Positions 10,687 through 19,773 of a DNA stretch of 64,000 nt are shown piece after piece. Origin of the DNA: an uncultured Alphaproteobacteria bacterium (GTDB taxonomy: Bacteria > Pseudomonadota > Alphaproteobacteria > Rs-D84 > CACZYB01); NCBI GenBank assembly GCA_944392955.1, contig CALXYK010000007.1, positions 11,003 to 75,002 of the forward strand. The letters run 5' to 3'. The notes below the pieces were generated by a model. It worked only from the letters and a program-made list of their open reading frames with translations. It did not search any database and was not told where the DNA came from. The translations under genes and the position numbers were made by a program. Numbering within the stretch: the first letter of the stretch is position 1; the number at the start of each line of letters is the position of its first letter.

Positions 10687-10998
10687 CTAATAATTACTTT
10701 CTCTATCCTCATCAGAATAATAATTTGTCTTCGAAACAGTAGTTTCATCATTATCCATATCAAAAAACATTTCTAAATCAGAAAGATCAGCATTATCATC
10801 ATTAACATTCAAATCATCTATTTGTTTGTCAGTTTCCTTTATTTCTGTTTTTTTCTTTTTTCTAATAAACTCAACTTCATCTTCAATAGATAAGTTTTTA
10901 GAACATTTTGGGCATACAACCACTTCTTTATTCATATCATAAAACATGGCATTACAAAATGGACATATATGCTTTTTACCCCAACTATCTTTAACCAT
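10687..10998 (-). CDS. FYDLN_acid family zinc-ribbon protein (TIGR02300-like)
   Basis: CPFCNAMFYDMN...CPKC zinc ribbon followed by a highly acidic C-terminus. This family is common in alphaproteobacteria. Confidence 0.65.
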   Translation of the reverse strand: MVKDSWGKKHICPFCNAMFYDMNKEVVVCPKCSKNLSIEDEVEFIRKKKKTEIKETDKQIDDLNVNDDNADLSDLEMFFDMDNDETTVSKTNYYSDEDRESNY

Positions 10999-11072
10999 AA
11001 CTACCTCACGAATTAAAGGTTGACTAATTGGAAAAATACAATCATATATAAAAATGTCAAGAAAAATTTTAA

Positions 11073-11774
11073 CTACCAGTTATCACAAATTGAATTAACC
11101 CGTAAATATTCTGTATCAGTATCTAATTGAGAATTTTGTTCTAATATTTCCGTTTCCATTTTTTCCCTCAAAAGTAATATATTTGTATTTTCTGAAATAA
11201 TTTTATCTATTTTCTTAGCAACAACTTTTTCTGTAACATATTTTGGGAAATACATAACACCTAAATCATCAATTATATTTCTAAGTTCTTTTGCCAATAA
11301 ATTTCCATAATATTTAAGTTCTTTTTGATAAACATTTACATGTTGTTTCTCATGATTTTTAATCGCATTATATTCACAACTATCAACAGGATACTTACTA
11401 TCTATCAAAACATCTAATGATGGATAGCCAACAAAAAAATCAATAGAAGATAAATTTACACATACACCATCACCAACCTTATACCTGTCAAAGTCAAAAT
11501 CATATTTTATCTCTATATTTGCAACGGTAACTCCCATAGTTTTATCTGGATTATGTAATTTATCAAATTTTAAGATTTCACTTTTGGGAACAGATTTATA
11601 TAAGACATTACCATAATTTACCCTAGTTATTATATTAGGTTCTCTATAAAATCTATCACAACTTTCACCCGCCCAAACAGACAAAGAAAAAAAACAAAAC
11701 CCAGTGATTTTGATAAATTTTGGTATAATTTTATTTAAACGAGTCAAGATAAACCTCCACAAATTTATCTCCAT
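11073..11774 (-). CDS. DUF922-like putative secreted Zn metalloprotease (HExxH)
   Basis: N-terminal hydrophobic signal-like segment. HEKQH zinc-binding motif. The ORF overlaps the virB4 3' end by 44 nt, so the start is uncertain. Confidence 0.45.
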   Translation of the reverse strand: MEINLWRFILTRLNKIIPKFIKITGFCFFSLSVWAGESCDRFYREPNIITRVNYGNVLYKSVPKSEILKFDKLHNPDKTMGVTVANIEIKYDFDFDRYKVGDGVCVNLSSIDFFVGYPSLDVLIDSKYPVDSCEYNAIKNHEKQHVNVYQKELKYYGNLLAKELRNIIDDLGVMYFPKYVTEKVVAKKIDKIISENTNILLLREKMETEILEQNSQLDTDTEYLRVNSICDNW

Positions 11775-14178
11775 GAAGTTTTCTTAACTCTTCTACAAGT
11801 AATACCTGCTTTCTTCCACTATTAAATATCTGTAAATAAGGACCAAGTCCGGACAAATCAACATTCAATATAACAGATTCATCAATAGAAGGTTTTCTAA
11901 ACAATATTGCATACTTTAAGTCTTTAAAAATTTTACCTTGAATAAATGCCATTTCTTTCGGTGTCAGATTCCAACTTTCGTAATCTTCTACCATTGCCTG
12001 TGTATTACGGAAAAATATTTGTGTCTGACATTGGCCACGAATAACCTCACCTATACCAAGTTTATCTAAAACATTAGGTTGTTGGAATGCAGCAAGGTAT
12101 GCTTGTCTCTTTTTTCTACCTTCTTGAAGACCTATAACAAAATTATTTCTAAACTCAGGATTTTGCAACATAGGCGCTGTTTCATCAATAATAATCAAGG
12201 ATGGATCGCCTGTTCTCCCTGTTATATTTTGTATTCTATTCATAATATAACTTACCACTGCCGGAGCCAAAGTATTATCCTCAAATATATAAGTAAAATC
12301 AAATGCAGTAAATCTATTAGAAAGATCTAAATTATCTGACTCACTATTAAATAACAAACCATACTGAGAATCGTCAACCCAACGGAACAACTCTCTCCTC
12401 ATTTTTCCAGCGGGAGAAAAACAGGATTTGTATAAATTCTTCAAATTTCTTTTGCTTGGCTCTAAGTAATCAAATGCAGTAGTAACAGCTCTTGCAATTT
12501 CTGCCTCACTTGTTGCATCATTTACCAAAGTAATTTCTTTCAACCATCGTCTTAAAAAGGCCCTATTCTCAGGATTATCTTCTATTCTAAAAGGATTTAA
12601 ATGAGCAATAGTTCCCGTTTTTTTAACATCTTTATCCTTTGTATCACCCTCAAAATTTATATAGGACCCACCAATAGCATAAGTAAATATTTCTGCACCT
12701 CTATACCTATCAAAAAAGAAACACTTTAAATCTTTAAATCTTAATGCCTGTCCTGCCAAGAAAGAATATAGGGTTGTTTTACCCTGCCCCGTAGGGCCAA
12801 TTGCAACTGTATGAGCAACCGCAGTAGGTTCTTCCGACACATGAAATTCAAACTGATATGCCGTTCCTTGATAAGTAGGGAAAATTGTAATAGGACCTTC
12901 TCCCCAATCACACTTTGACAATCCCCCAGGTTGCCTTTCAAAATTAAAACTTGCCGCAACAGCCCTAGAAAGCATCTTATACATTCTAGGATATTTATCA
13001 TAAGTAGGGAATTGTGAAAACCAAGATGCTTGTGCCACCCAACCTTCACGAACAGGCGTAATTCCATAAAGACGACAAATTTTTTCTATCTCAAAAACAG
13101 CCTTATCTAAATCTTCCAATTTTTCAGCACTAACAAAAAAAGTTTCCGCATAATTAACCAAAGTTTGATGATCTTCGTCCCCCTGCTCTATCAATGCTAA
13201 CGCATCATCAAATTGCCTTAATACATCATAAGAAAATGTAGTAGAACTTGCCATCCTGCGCTGATTTATTAAAACCATTTGGGCTTTTAATTTTGAAATA
13301 GGAAATAAATTATGCAAAACAGTAATTTCAAAATTTTGTGATAATATATCTGATAACATCTGTTCATCTACGGAATTTGCTTGTTGTTTAATACCAACAA
13401 CAGACATATATTTAGTTTTATTTCCTGAACTAAACCTTATATAACCTTTATTACTAAAAAATACTTCATCAGATACCAATAATTCGGAAACACTATCATA
13501 AATTATATTATCCGAACTAGGATGAGGACGACTGATAGGATTTATTATATGAGCGAAGAATGTAAGTGGGCTTTCGGAATCTTTACTTCCCTCTTTTAAT
13601 ATTTTTACCCCAAAATTTGATAAGATAGCCTCTAAATTAGAGGTTGCCGTATCTAAATCCTTTAAGGCATCCTTTCTATCATTAACAGAAATAACTATAT
13701 AATGAGAATTAACAAATATCTCACTTTGTGCTTCATTCCACTTTTCGCTAATGTCCTTTAATATTTTATTATAATTATTTACTAACTTTTCATTATTTGT
13801 CTTCTCTCTTATAGTAAAAATTCTAGTTTCCACACTAATTTCAGAAAGACTATCAATCCATTTTTTCCGCTCTTCTAAAAAGTTCTGTATAACTTCTCTT
13901 TTTGCAAAAGCAATTGAAACACCCGAAACTTTAAAAACCCTTAACAAGGTTCCATTTAAACATAATACAGTCTTCTTATCATCTAAAATTCTTTCAAAAG
14001 GTAAATAATCAACCAACCTAGTATCAAAAGGTTTTGGTAAAAATAAGTTCATTTTCTGAGATAAAAAAACTACTACCAAAACAGATACAGCAATAACTGC
14101 AATTACTAAAAACAAGTAATATACATTTGAAAGACCAGATACTAAAACATTTTCTAAATTAAATTCCATATTCTGCAC
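11731..14178 (-). CDS. virB4: type IV secretion system ATPase VirB4
   Basis: 815 aa. Walker A GPTGQGKTT. N-terminal TM segment. Immediately downstream of virB3. Confidence 0.88.
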   Translation of the reverse strand: MQNMEFNLENVLVSGLSNVYYLFLVIAVIAVSVLVVVFLSQKMNLFLPKPFDTRLVDYLPFERILDDKKTVLCLNGTLLRVFKVSGVSIAFAKREVIQNFLEERKKWIDSLSEISVETRIFTIREKTNNEKLVNNYNKILKDISEKWNEAQSEIFVNSHYIVISVNDRKDALKDLDTATSNLEAILSNFGVKILKEGSKDSESPLTFFAHIINPISRPHPSSDNIIYDSVSELLVSDEVFFSNKGYIRFSSGNKTKYMSVVGIKQQANSVDEQMLSDILSQNFEITVLHNLFPISKLKAQMVLINQRRMASSTTFSYDVLRQFDDALALIEQGDEDHQTLVNYAETFFVSAEKLEDLDKAVFEIEKICRLYGITPVREGWVAQASWFSQFPTYDKYPRMYKMLSRAVAASFNFERQPGGLSKCDWGEGPITIFPTYQGTAYQFEFHVSEEPTAVAHTVAIGPTGQGKTTLYSFLAGQALRFKDLKCFFFDRYRGAEIFTYAIGGSYINFEGDTKDKDVKKTGTIAHLNPFRIEDNPENRAFLRRWLKEITLVNDATSEAEIARAVTTAFDYLEPSKRNLKNLYKSCFSPAGKMRRELFRWVDDSQYGLLFNSESDNLDLSNRFTAFDFTYIFEDNTLAPAVVSYIMNRIQNITGRTGDPSLIIIDETAPMLQNPEFRNNFVIGLQEGRKKRQAYLAAFQQPNVLDKLGIGEVIRGQCQTQIFFRNTQAMVEDYESWNLTPKEMAFIQGKIFKDLKYAILFRKPSIDESVILNVDLSGLGPYLQIFNSGRKQVLLVEELRKLHGDKFVEVYLDSFK

Positions 14179-14180
14179 CT

Positions 14181-14474
14181 CTATGCTGTAAATTTATTTC
14201 CATTTTCGCTCAACAAATTTTTAGTATGAGCCCTAATATTAGTCCTAGATGCAATAATATTATCAATATGAGGTTCTCTTTTACCTATTAAAACACACAA
14301 AAAATGTAAAACAACAAACGAAACAATACTCACCCAAATATACACACCTAAGTTAAGTATTAACAGAAGTAACATAAGCACAACAGAAACAGCCACATTC
14401 ATCATAAATAATCCGAACGGAGCATAAAAAATCTGCATAGGTTGAGCCACCGATTTAAGTAATTCCTCTTTCAA
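14181..14474 (-). CDS. virB3: type IV secretion system protein VirB3
   Basis: 97 aa with two TM helices. LLKSVAQPMQIFYAPFGLFMMN resembles the VirB3 L.rP..f.GVP motif. Abuts virB4. Confidence 0.7.
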   Translation of the reverse strand: MKEELLKSVAQPMQIFYAPFGLFMMNVAVSVVLMLLLLILNLGVYIWVSIVSFVVLHFLCVLIGKREPHIDNIIASRTNIRAHTKNLLSENGNKFTA

Positions 14475-14544
14475 AAGACCCCTCTTATAATATCAAATAT
14501 TACAGCCTAATTATACAAGGAAATAATAAATAATACAAGTATTT

Positions 14545-15105
14545 TTAGGAAGATAGTTTTTTATTTTTTCTTTGTAGACGATATCTTTCATACCTAAGTG
14601 TTATTCTGTAACCAATAATAGAAGAAATTATTGCCCATGGTAAACAACCTACTGCCATAGATACCCCCCAATCCTTTAACAAAATTTTAAATAGCAATAG
14701 CCATTTATCAACAAAACTTAATTCACCCATAAATGTATCTGTTACTATATGAGAAAGGCTTTCATACCCACTACTACTAGCAAAGTTTCCTCTCATTATC
14801 TGTCCTGTTATATAGAATACATAATAGGCAGGAATCATAGTAAATACATTTGTAAGCCATGTCCAAGCAATACCTAAAACCAACGAAAAATCTATTTTTA
14901 GAATACGTCTAAAAAATATCCAAGTCATAAAAACCAACCACATCTGTATTCCAACAAGTGGGGTCATAGCCCAAAAAAGCCCAACACCAACCCCCATCGC
15001 CTTCACCTCTGGTGGTAAATTAAGCCTTAACATAGGAACAACTAACCTCATTTTAAAGATTCTTTTTAAATTTTCCCAAAATGTGTATTTTTTATGCCTA
15101 GCCAT
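14545..15105 (-). CDS. DUF2062 family membrane protein
   Basis: N-terminal [17 protein letters not shown] followed by [24 protein letters not shown], typical of DUF2062. Confidence 0.55.
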   Translation of the reverse strand: MARHKKYTFWENLKRIFKMRLVVPMLRLNLPPEVKAMGVGVGLFWAMTPLVGIQMWLVFMTWIFFRRILKIDFSLVLGIAWTWLTNVFTMIPAYYVFYITGQIMRGNFASSSGYESLSHIVTDTFMGELSFVDKWLLLFKILLKDWGVSMAVGCLPWAIISSIIGYRITLRYERYRLQRKNKKLSS

Positions 15106-15138
15106 AAATATCCCCTATAAATTGTATTAATAAAGTTT

Positions 15139-15213
15139 TGGCTGGGGTGGCTGGATTCGAACCAACGAATGGCGGTACCAGAAACCGCTGCCTTACCGCT
15201 TGGCGACACCCCA
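15139..15213 (-). tRNA. tRNA-Gln (anticodon CUG)
   Basis: 75-nt cloverleaf. Reverse complement is TGGGGTGTCGCCAAGCGGTAAGGCAGCGGTTTCTGGTACCGCCATTCGTTGGTTCGAATCCAGCCACCCCAGCCA, closely matching E. coli tRNA-Gln. CCA is encoded. Confidence 0.85.
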
Positions 15214-15263
15214 ACAATGATTAATAAATTATAAAATAATAATACATAAGTCAAGTTTAAGGT

Positions 15264-15998
15264 TTATTTTTTATCAAATTTTATCTTTGCCAAACAAAAA
15301 TCAATACTTTTATCATTATTTGATAACAAAAAATTTGAAGAATTACCTACTATATTACTTCTTACTAAAATCTTATCATCAGATAGTATTGCAGATTTTT
15401 TAAAATCAACCACAATATCAGATATATTAAAATCCGAATTCAACTTTTTAAACAGATTATCCTCTATCAAAGAGATATATACCGCATTATTCACATGATG
15501 ATTAACATCTACATCATCATAACGTAATATCTCAGAGGTACAAAATTCATCTGAAATATCAATTGATAATTTTTCTAAATCTACTCCTAAACTTTCACCA
15601 AATTGAATACTGGAACAATCAAACATACTTTTTATATTAACAGGTTTAAAATTAACTAAATCAACCATAACCCATTGACTAACTGCCTTAACTAATACAT
15701 TATTTTCAGCATCTTTAACAATAAATTCCCTTAATCCCATAGGCCCAATAAATTTACTAGGCCAAGTTTCTATGGAAATCTTAGTTTTTAATTGTGGTAA
15801 TTTATCAATAATAACATGATACTTTGAACAGACCCAAGCACAATTTTTACTTATACATTCTTCATACCCAAGTCCCAATTTATCAGCATGATCACCTGCT
15901 AATTCTTGAAAATAATCAAACAATGTTTTAAGTTTCATAGAACCAAACTGATTACATTGATAAGTTTTTAATTCAAATTTTTCGCTAAACTTCAACAT
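15264..15998 (-). CDS. acyl-ACP thioesterase (FatA/FatB-like, PF01643-type double hotdog)
   Basis: About 244 aa. Signature DVDVNHHVNNAVY (the NxHVNN motif) in the second hotdog half. Confidence 0.6.
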   Translation of the reverse strand: MLKFSEKFELKTYQCNQFGSMKLKTLFDYFQELAGDHADKLGLGYEECISKNCAWVCSKYHVIIDKLPQLKTKISIETWPSKFIGPMGLREFIVKDAENNVLVKAVSQWVMVDLVNFKPVNIKSMFDCSSIQFGESLGVDLEKLSIDISDEFCTSEILRYDDVDVNHHVNNAVYISLIEDNLFKKLNSDFNISDIVVDFKKSAILSDDKILVRSNIVGNSSNFLLSNNDKSIDFCLAKIKFDKK

Positions 15999-16013
15999 AA
16001 CAACCTCATTTAA

Positions 16014-16655
16014 TCAAAGATTTTTTTCAAATTTATTATGCATACATTTTATAATAGTTTTATGTATACCCGTAGTAATATCATAATATATATGTCTACC
16101 ATCACGCCTAGATACAACAAAACCATCATCTTTTAGTCGTTTTAAATATTGAGATAATTTCATTTGTTCTATATTAACACCCTTTGAAATATCAGAAACA
16201 CAACTTTCACCAAAAATAGCTAAGAACTCTAAAATACGCATTTTATCAATATGACAAAATAATTTTATTTGGTTAGCGACCATCATAGTAAAATCTCTTG
16301 GCAAAATAGCTTTGTAATTATCTACTAAAAAATCATAAGAATTAGCAATATAACCATACAATTTTCTGATACAATTAAACAAACTTGCAGGATATTCTCC
16401 ATCTAATGAGTAAAAGATAAATTTACCCTTTCTTTCACAACGAACCAAACCAGCATCTTTTAATTTTTTTAAATTCTGTGAAACTATCAGTTGTTCTTCT
16501 TTTATAGATTTTGCAATATTTAATACCGAAGAAGTTTGATAAATATCCAAAAATTCTACTATCCTTAACCTTATAGGATGTCCCAAATATGAAACTCCTT
16601 TAACTGCTTTTTTCATTAAATTTATAGGCAATTGTTTTTTCATTTCTTCACCCAA
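16014..16655 (-). CDS. transcriptional regulator with two tandem ArsR/SmtB-type winged-HTH domains
   Basis: Two repeats of the H.IRLrIvEFL...L..L.kaGlV pattern, at residues about 25-100 and 125-200. Confidence 0.55.
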   Translation of the reverse strand: MGEEMKKQLPINLMKKAVKGVSYLGHPIRLRIVEFLDIYQTSSVLNIAKSIKEEQLIVSQNLKKLKDAGLVRCERKGKFIFYSLDGEYPASLFNCIRKLYGYIANSYDFLVDNYKAILPRDFTMMVANQIKLFCHIDKMRILEFLAIFGESCVSDISKGVNIEQMKLSQYLKRLKDDGFVVSRRDGRHIYYDITTGIHKTIIKCMHNKFEKNL

Positions 16656-16779
16656 TAAGTATTATATATAACAATACTCCGAAGAAAATATTTTTCAATA
16701 TATTTATAAATTTTTACACTAAAAAAGAAACCTTAGAAAATATATTTGATATAATAAAAAAAATCTAGCTAACAGACTT

Positions 16780-16854
16780 TGGCTGGGGTGGCTGGATTCG
16801 AACCAACGAATGGCGGAACCAAAACCCGCTGCCTTACCACTTGGCGACACCCCA
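16780..16854 (-). tRNA. tRNA-Gln (anticodon UUG)
   Basis: 75 nt. Differs from the 15139..15213 copy at about five positions including the anticodon (TTTTGGT loop). CCA is encoded. Confidence 0.85.
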
Positions 16855-16914
16855 ATAAATTACTGGCTATTCTAATACAATATACTAAAAAATCAAGTAA
16901 AAAATATAAAACTA

Positions 16915-17127
16915 TCAATCAATTATACTAAATCTATCTACTAATACACCATTTATATCTTTTACTTTCTCACTAAACATAACCAAAGGCCTTGCCCAAA
17001 TTTTACCATCACTAACTGATTTATATATAACTAAATCTTCCATAGTTTCTGTATGCTTAGCAAATGTAATTATCTCATAAACATTTCCTTTATAATGTTT
17101 ATATTTTTTACCTATTTCTACCGACAT
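16915..17127 (-). CDS. DUF1653 family protein
   Basis: YKHYKGNVYEI...AKHTET...VIYKS pattern. 70 aa. Overlaps the upstream Nudix gene by 10 nt. Confidence 0.55.
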   Translation of the reverse strand: MSVEIGKKYKHYKGNVYEIITFAKHTETMEDLVIYKSVSDGKIWARPLVMFSEKVKDINGVLVDRFSIID

Positions 17128-17615
17128 ATATTTTTTTCCAATAAAATTTTCAAAGCAAACAATGTGTTTTTATTAAATTGAGCAGGATTATTAAGAATTT
17201 CTTTCCTCAAAGTATCAATATTAAATTCTACTATACTTTGTATTTCTTCTTCATCAGGATAATAAGGTCCATCATTTATTGCAAGAAATACTTTATGAAA
17301 TGATTTTTGTTTTCCATCTTTAAAATGTGGAAAATAAGCTATTTCTTCTTGCAATTCAACAGAAACACCTAATTCTTCTATTGTTTCCCTAACTGCTGCA
17401 TGTTCATAACTTTCAAAAAAATTAACATGACCACCAGCAGAATAACCTATTCTTTCTTTTTTATCTTTTAACAAAGATTTCTTTGAAAGTAATATATTTC
17501 CATTACTTTTTATAATAATAACAGCAGCAATACGTTTAATTTCATCAGTAATCTGATAGTGATACAACCCATCTATTACTTTATCTTTATTATCTACAAT
17601 AGCAATTTTTTTCAT
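17118..17615 (-). CDS. Nudix hydrolase
   Basis: Nudix box GGHVNFFESYEHAAVRETIEELGV. ATG at 17615 preferred over the TTG at 17627. Confidence 0.75.
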   Translation of the reverse strand: MKKIAIVDNKDKVIDGLYHYQITDEIKRIAAVIIIKSNGNILLSKKSLLKDKKERIGYSAGGHVNFFESYEHAAVRETIEELGVSVELQEEIAYFPHFKDGKQKSFHKVFLAINDGPYYPDEEEIQSIVEFNIDTLRKEILNNPAQFNKNTLFALKILLEKNICR

Positions 17616-17629
17616 TTTTGTTAACAAAT

Positions 17630-17801
17630 TGTTAATAACCTGTTAATAAGTTATAAAATAAGATAACAAAAAAATCAATTAACATTTTTATAAACATGTT
17701 AATAAAAAACATAAATATATAAAACTTGTTAATAATTAAATAAAAAATCCCGTAAATTCAGGGATTTTAATATATTTAAAAATTTTATATTCTGTTAATA
17801 A
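17630..17801. repeat. five copies of TGTTAATAA in the Nudix-parB intergenic region (at 17630, 17641, 17697, 17727, 17793)
   Basis: Direct reading of the sequence. The first two copies are 11 bp apart and form TTAA-N7-TTAA. Confidence 0.6.
17736..17767 (-). terminator. rho-independent terminator for parB
   Basis: Stem AAATCCC/GGGATTT with a 9-nt loop, followed on the minus strand by TTTTTTATTT. Confidence 0.6.
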
Positions 17802-17856
17802 ATAATAATATAAAAAATAATAAACAAATTCACAAGACCAACAAAAACATTATTAT

Positions 17857-18735
17857 TTATATATTATTTAATTTAGTTGTTATATTATTAAGCTCAGACA
17901 AATCATTAAACTTAATAATAATTTCACCTTTTTTACCTTTAAGTTTAATATCTACTTTTGCATTCAATATATTAGATATATTTTCTTTGATTGATATAAG
18001 TTCTTCATTAACTTTGGAAATATTAAGTTGTTTAATATTCTTTTTATTTTTAATTATTTTTTCTGCTTGTTTAACTGTTAAGTTTCCTTCTATTATAGAT
18101 TTAGCTTGTTCCAAAGGATTTTTTACGCCTATTAAACTTCTTGCCATACTATAAGATAATGATCCATCATCTACCATATTTTGAACTTTTTGTGGTAAAG
18201 ATAATAATCTTAAAACATTTGCTACATAAGAACGACTTTTATTTACTATTTTTGATATATCTTCCTGTGTATAATTATAAACATTTATTAGATTTTTATA
18301 ACCATTTGCTTCTTCTATTGGTGAAAGATTTTCTCTTTGTAAATTTTCTATCAAACTTATTTCAAAAGTTTCTGTATCATTTAATTCTTTTATTATAACA
18401 GGGATTTCATATATACCAGCAAGATTTGCTGCTCTCCATCTTCTTTCTCCTGCTATTATTTCATACATATTAGGTTGATTTTTTATTGATCTTACTAAAA
18501 TAGGTTGTAAAACTCCATTTTTTTCAATAGAAAAAGCCAGCTCTTTTAATTGTTCTTCACTAAAATTTTTTCTAGGTTGATTTTTATTAGGTATTATATT
18601 TGATATTGGTATATATTTTACATCATTTGTATTTTCATTAGTATTATTAGTTGGATTTTGAAAAACAGGAACTTCTTGTTGTTTATTTTCAAAAAAAGTA
18701 GATAAACCTTTTCCTAATCTTGATTCTATTTTCAT
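17857..18735 (-). CDS. parB: chromosome partitioning protein ParB
   Basis: ParB box GERRWRAA. HTH region. Downstream of parA. Confidence 0.9.
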   Translation of the reverse strand: MKIESRLGKGLSTFFENKQQEVPVFQNPTNNTNENTNDVKYIPISNIIPNKNQPRKNFSEEQLKELAFSIEKNGVLQPILVRSIKNQPNMYEIIAGERRWRAANLAGIYEIPVIIKELNDTETFEISLIENLQRENLSPIEEANGYKNLINVYNYTQEDISKIVNKSRSYVANVLRLLSLPQKVQNMVDDGSLSYSMARSLIGVKNPLEQAKSIIEGNLTVKQAEKIIKNKKNIKQLNISKVNEELISIKENISNILNAKVDIKLKGKKGEIIIKFNDLSELNNITTKLNNI

Positions 18736-18758
18736 AATTTTTACTCCATTAAAAATTT

Positions 18759-19562
18759 TTATGCAACTTGTTGTAAAAGATCATTTTTATTTAAAAATTC
18801 AGCAGCTAAATTTATATAAGCTTGACTTCCCATACAATCTAAATCATATAAAATAACTGGTTTTCCATGAGAAGGAGCCTCTGAAATTCTAACATTTCTA
18901 GGAATAACTGTATTAAATACAAGTTCACCAAAACATTTTCTTACATCATCTTCTACAAGTTCTGATAATTTATTTCTTCTATCATACATAGTAAGTAATA
19001 CACCTTCTATTTGTAAATTTTTATTAAAATTTTGTTGAACAAGTTGTATTGTGTTCATAAGATGACTTACTCCTTCTAATGCAAAAAATTCACATTGTAA
19101 AGGAATCATAACAGAGTCAGAAGCACACAAAGCATTTAATGTTAAGAATCCCAAAGCAGGTGGGCAATCTATTAAAATATAATCATATCCGGCTAAAAAC
19201 GAATTTTTTTCAAATAAATGTCTTAATTTTAATGTTTTATCATCTATATTTGATAATTCTATTTCTGCTGCTGATAAATCTATAGAAGCAGGAATTACAT
19301 CAAGATTTTTTATTTTTGTTGTATGTATTGCTTCGTGAAAATTATTTTTATTAAATAAAAGAGAATAAATATCTTTTATTCTATCATCTTGTTCTATACC
19401 TAAACCTGTGCTTGCATTTCCTTGTGGATCAAAGTCTATAACTAAAACTTTTTTATCAACAGTTGCAAGTGCAGTTGCTAAATTTATAGCAGTTGTTGTT
19501 TTTCCAACCCCGCCTTTTTGATTAGTTATTGATATTATTTTTGTATTTTGAAATATATTCAT
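18759..19562 (-). CDS. parA: chromosome partitioning ATPase ParA
   Basis: Deviant Walker A KGGVGKTT. Length 267 aa. Confidence 0.9.
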   Translation of the reverse strand: MNIFQNTKIISITNQKGGVGKTTTAINLATALATVDKKVLVIDFDPQGNASTGLGIEQDDRIKDIYSLLFNKNNFHEAIHTTKIKNLDVIPASIDLSAAEIELSNIDDKTLKLRHLFEKNSFLAGYDYILIDCPPALGFLTLNALCASDSVMIPLQCEFFALEGVSHLMNTIQLVQQNFNKNLQIEGVLLTMYDRRNKLSELVEDDVRKCFGELVFNTVIPRNVRISEAPSHGKPVILYDLDCMGSQAYINLAAEFLNKNDLLQQVA

Positions 19563-19722
19563 TTTTCCTCCTAAAAGATACTAACTATAAATAAAAATAC
19601 ACTTTTAAAAAGTATATTTCAATATATTTTTAAATTTTTTTATAGTTTAAAAGAATAATTTTATATTACAAAGTAATAAAAATAACATTTAACATTTTGT
19701 TTTTACTAATAATATTAAAGAT

Positions 19723-19738
19723 TGTTTCATGTGAAACA
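19723..19738. promoter_or_regulatory. parS-like centromere site TGTTTCATGTGAAACA
   Basis: 16-bp near-palindrome matching the parS consensus tGTTNCACGTGAAACa with one central mismatch. Lies between rsmG and parA. Confidence 0.6.
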
Positions 19739-19773
19739 ATTTTAGTTAAAAATAAATTTTTGTATAAAATATT

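Noticed and set aside
12079-13067. Antisense ORFs 12079..12330 and 12741..13067 inside virB4.
   Set aside because: Both are antisense to a high-confidence CDS and show no features.
15066-15254. ORF 15066..15254.
   Set aside because: It overlaps the tRNA-Gln gene and is almost certainly spurious.
15139-16854. The two tRNA-Gln genes considered as att-site direct repeats of an integrated element.
   Set aside because: The copies differ in anticodon and several stem positions, and the flanks share no extended identity. Ancient tandem tRNA genes with an insertion are more likely than a recent integrase-mediated event. No integrase is present.
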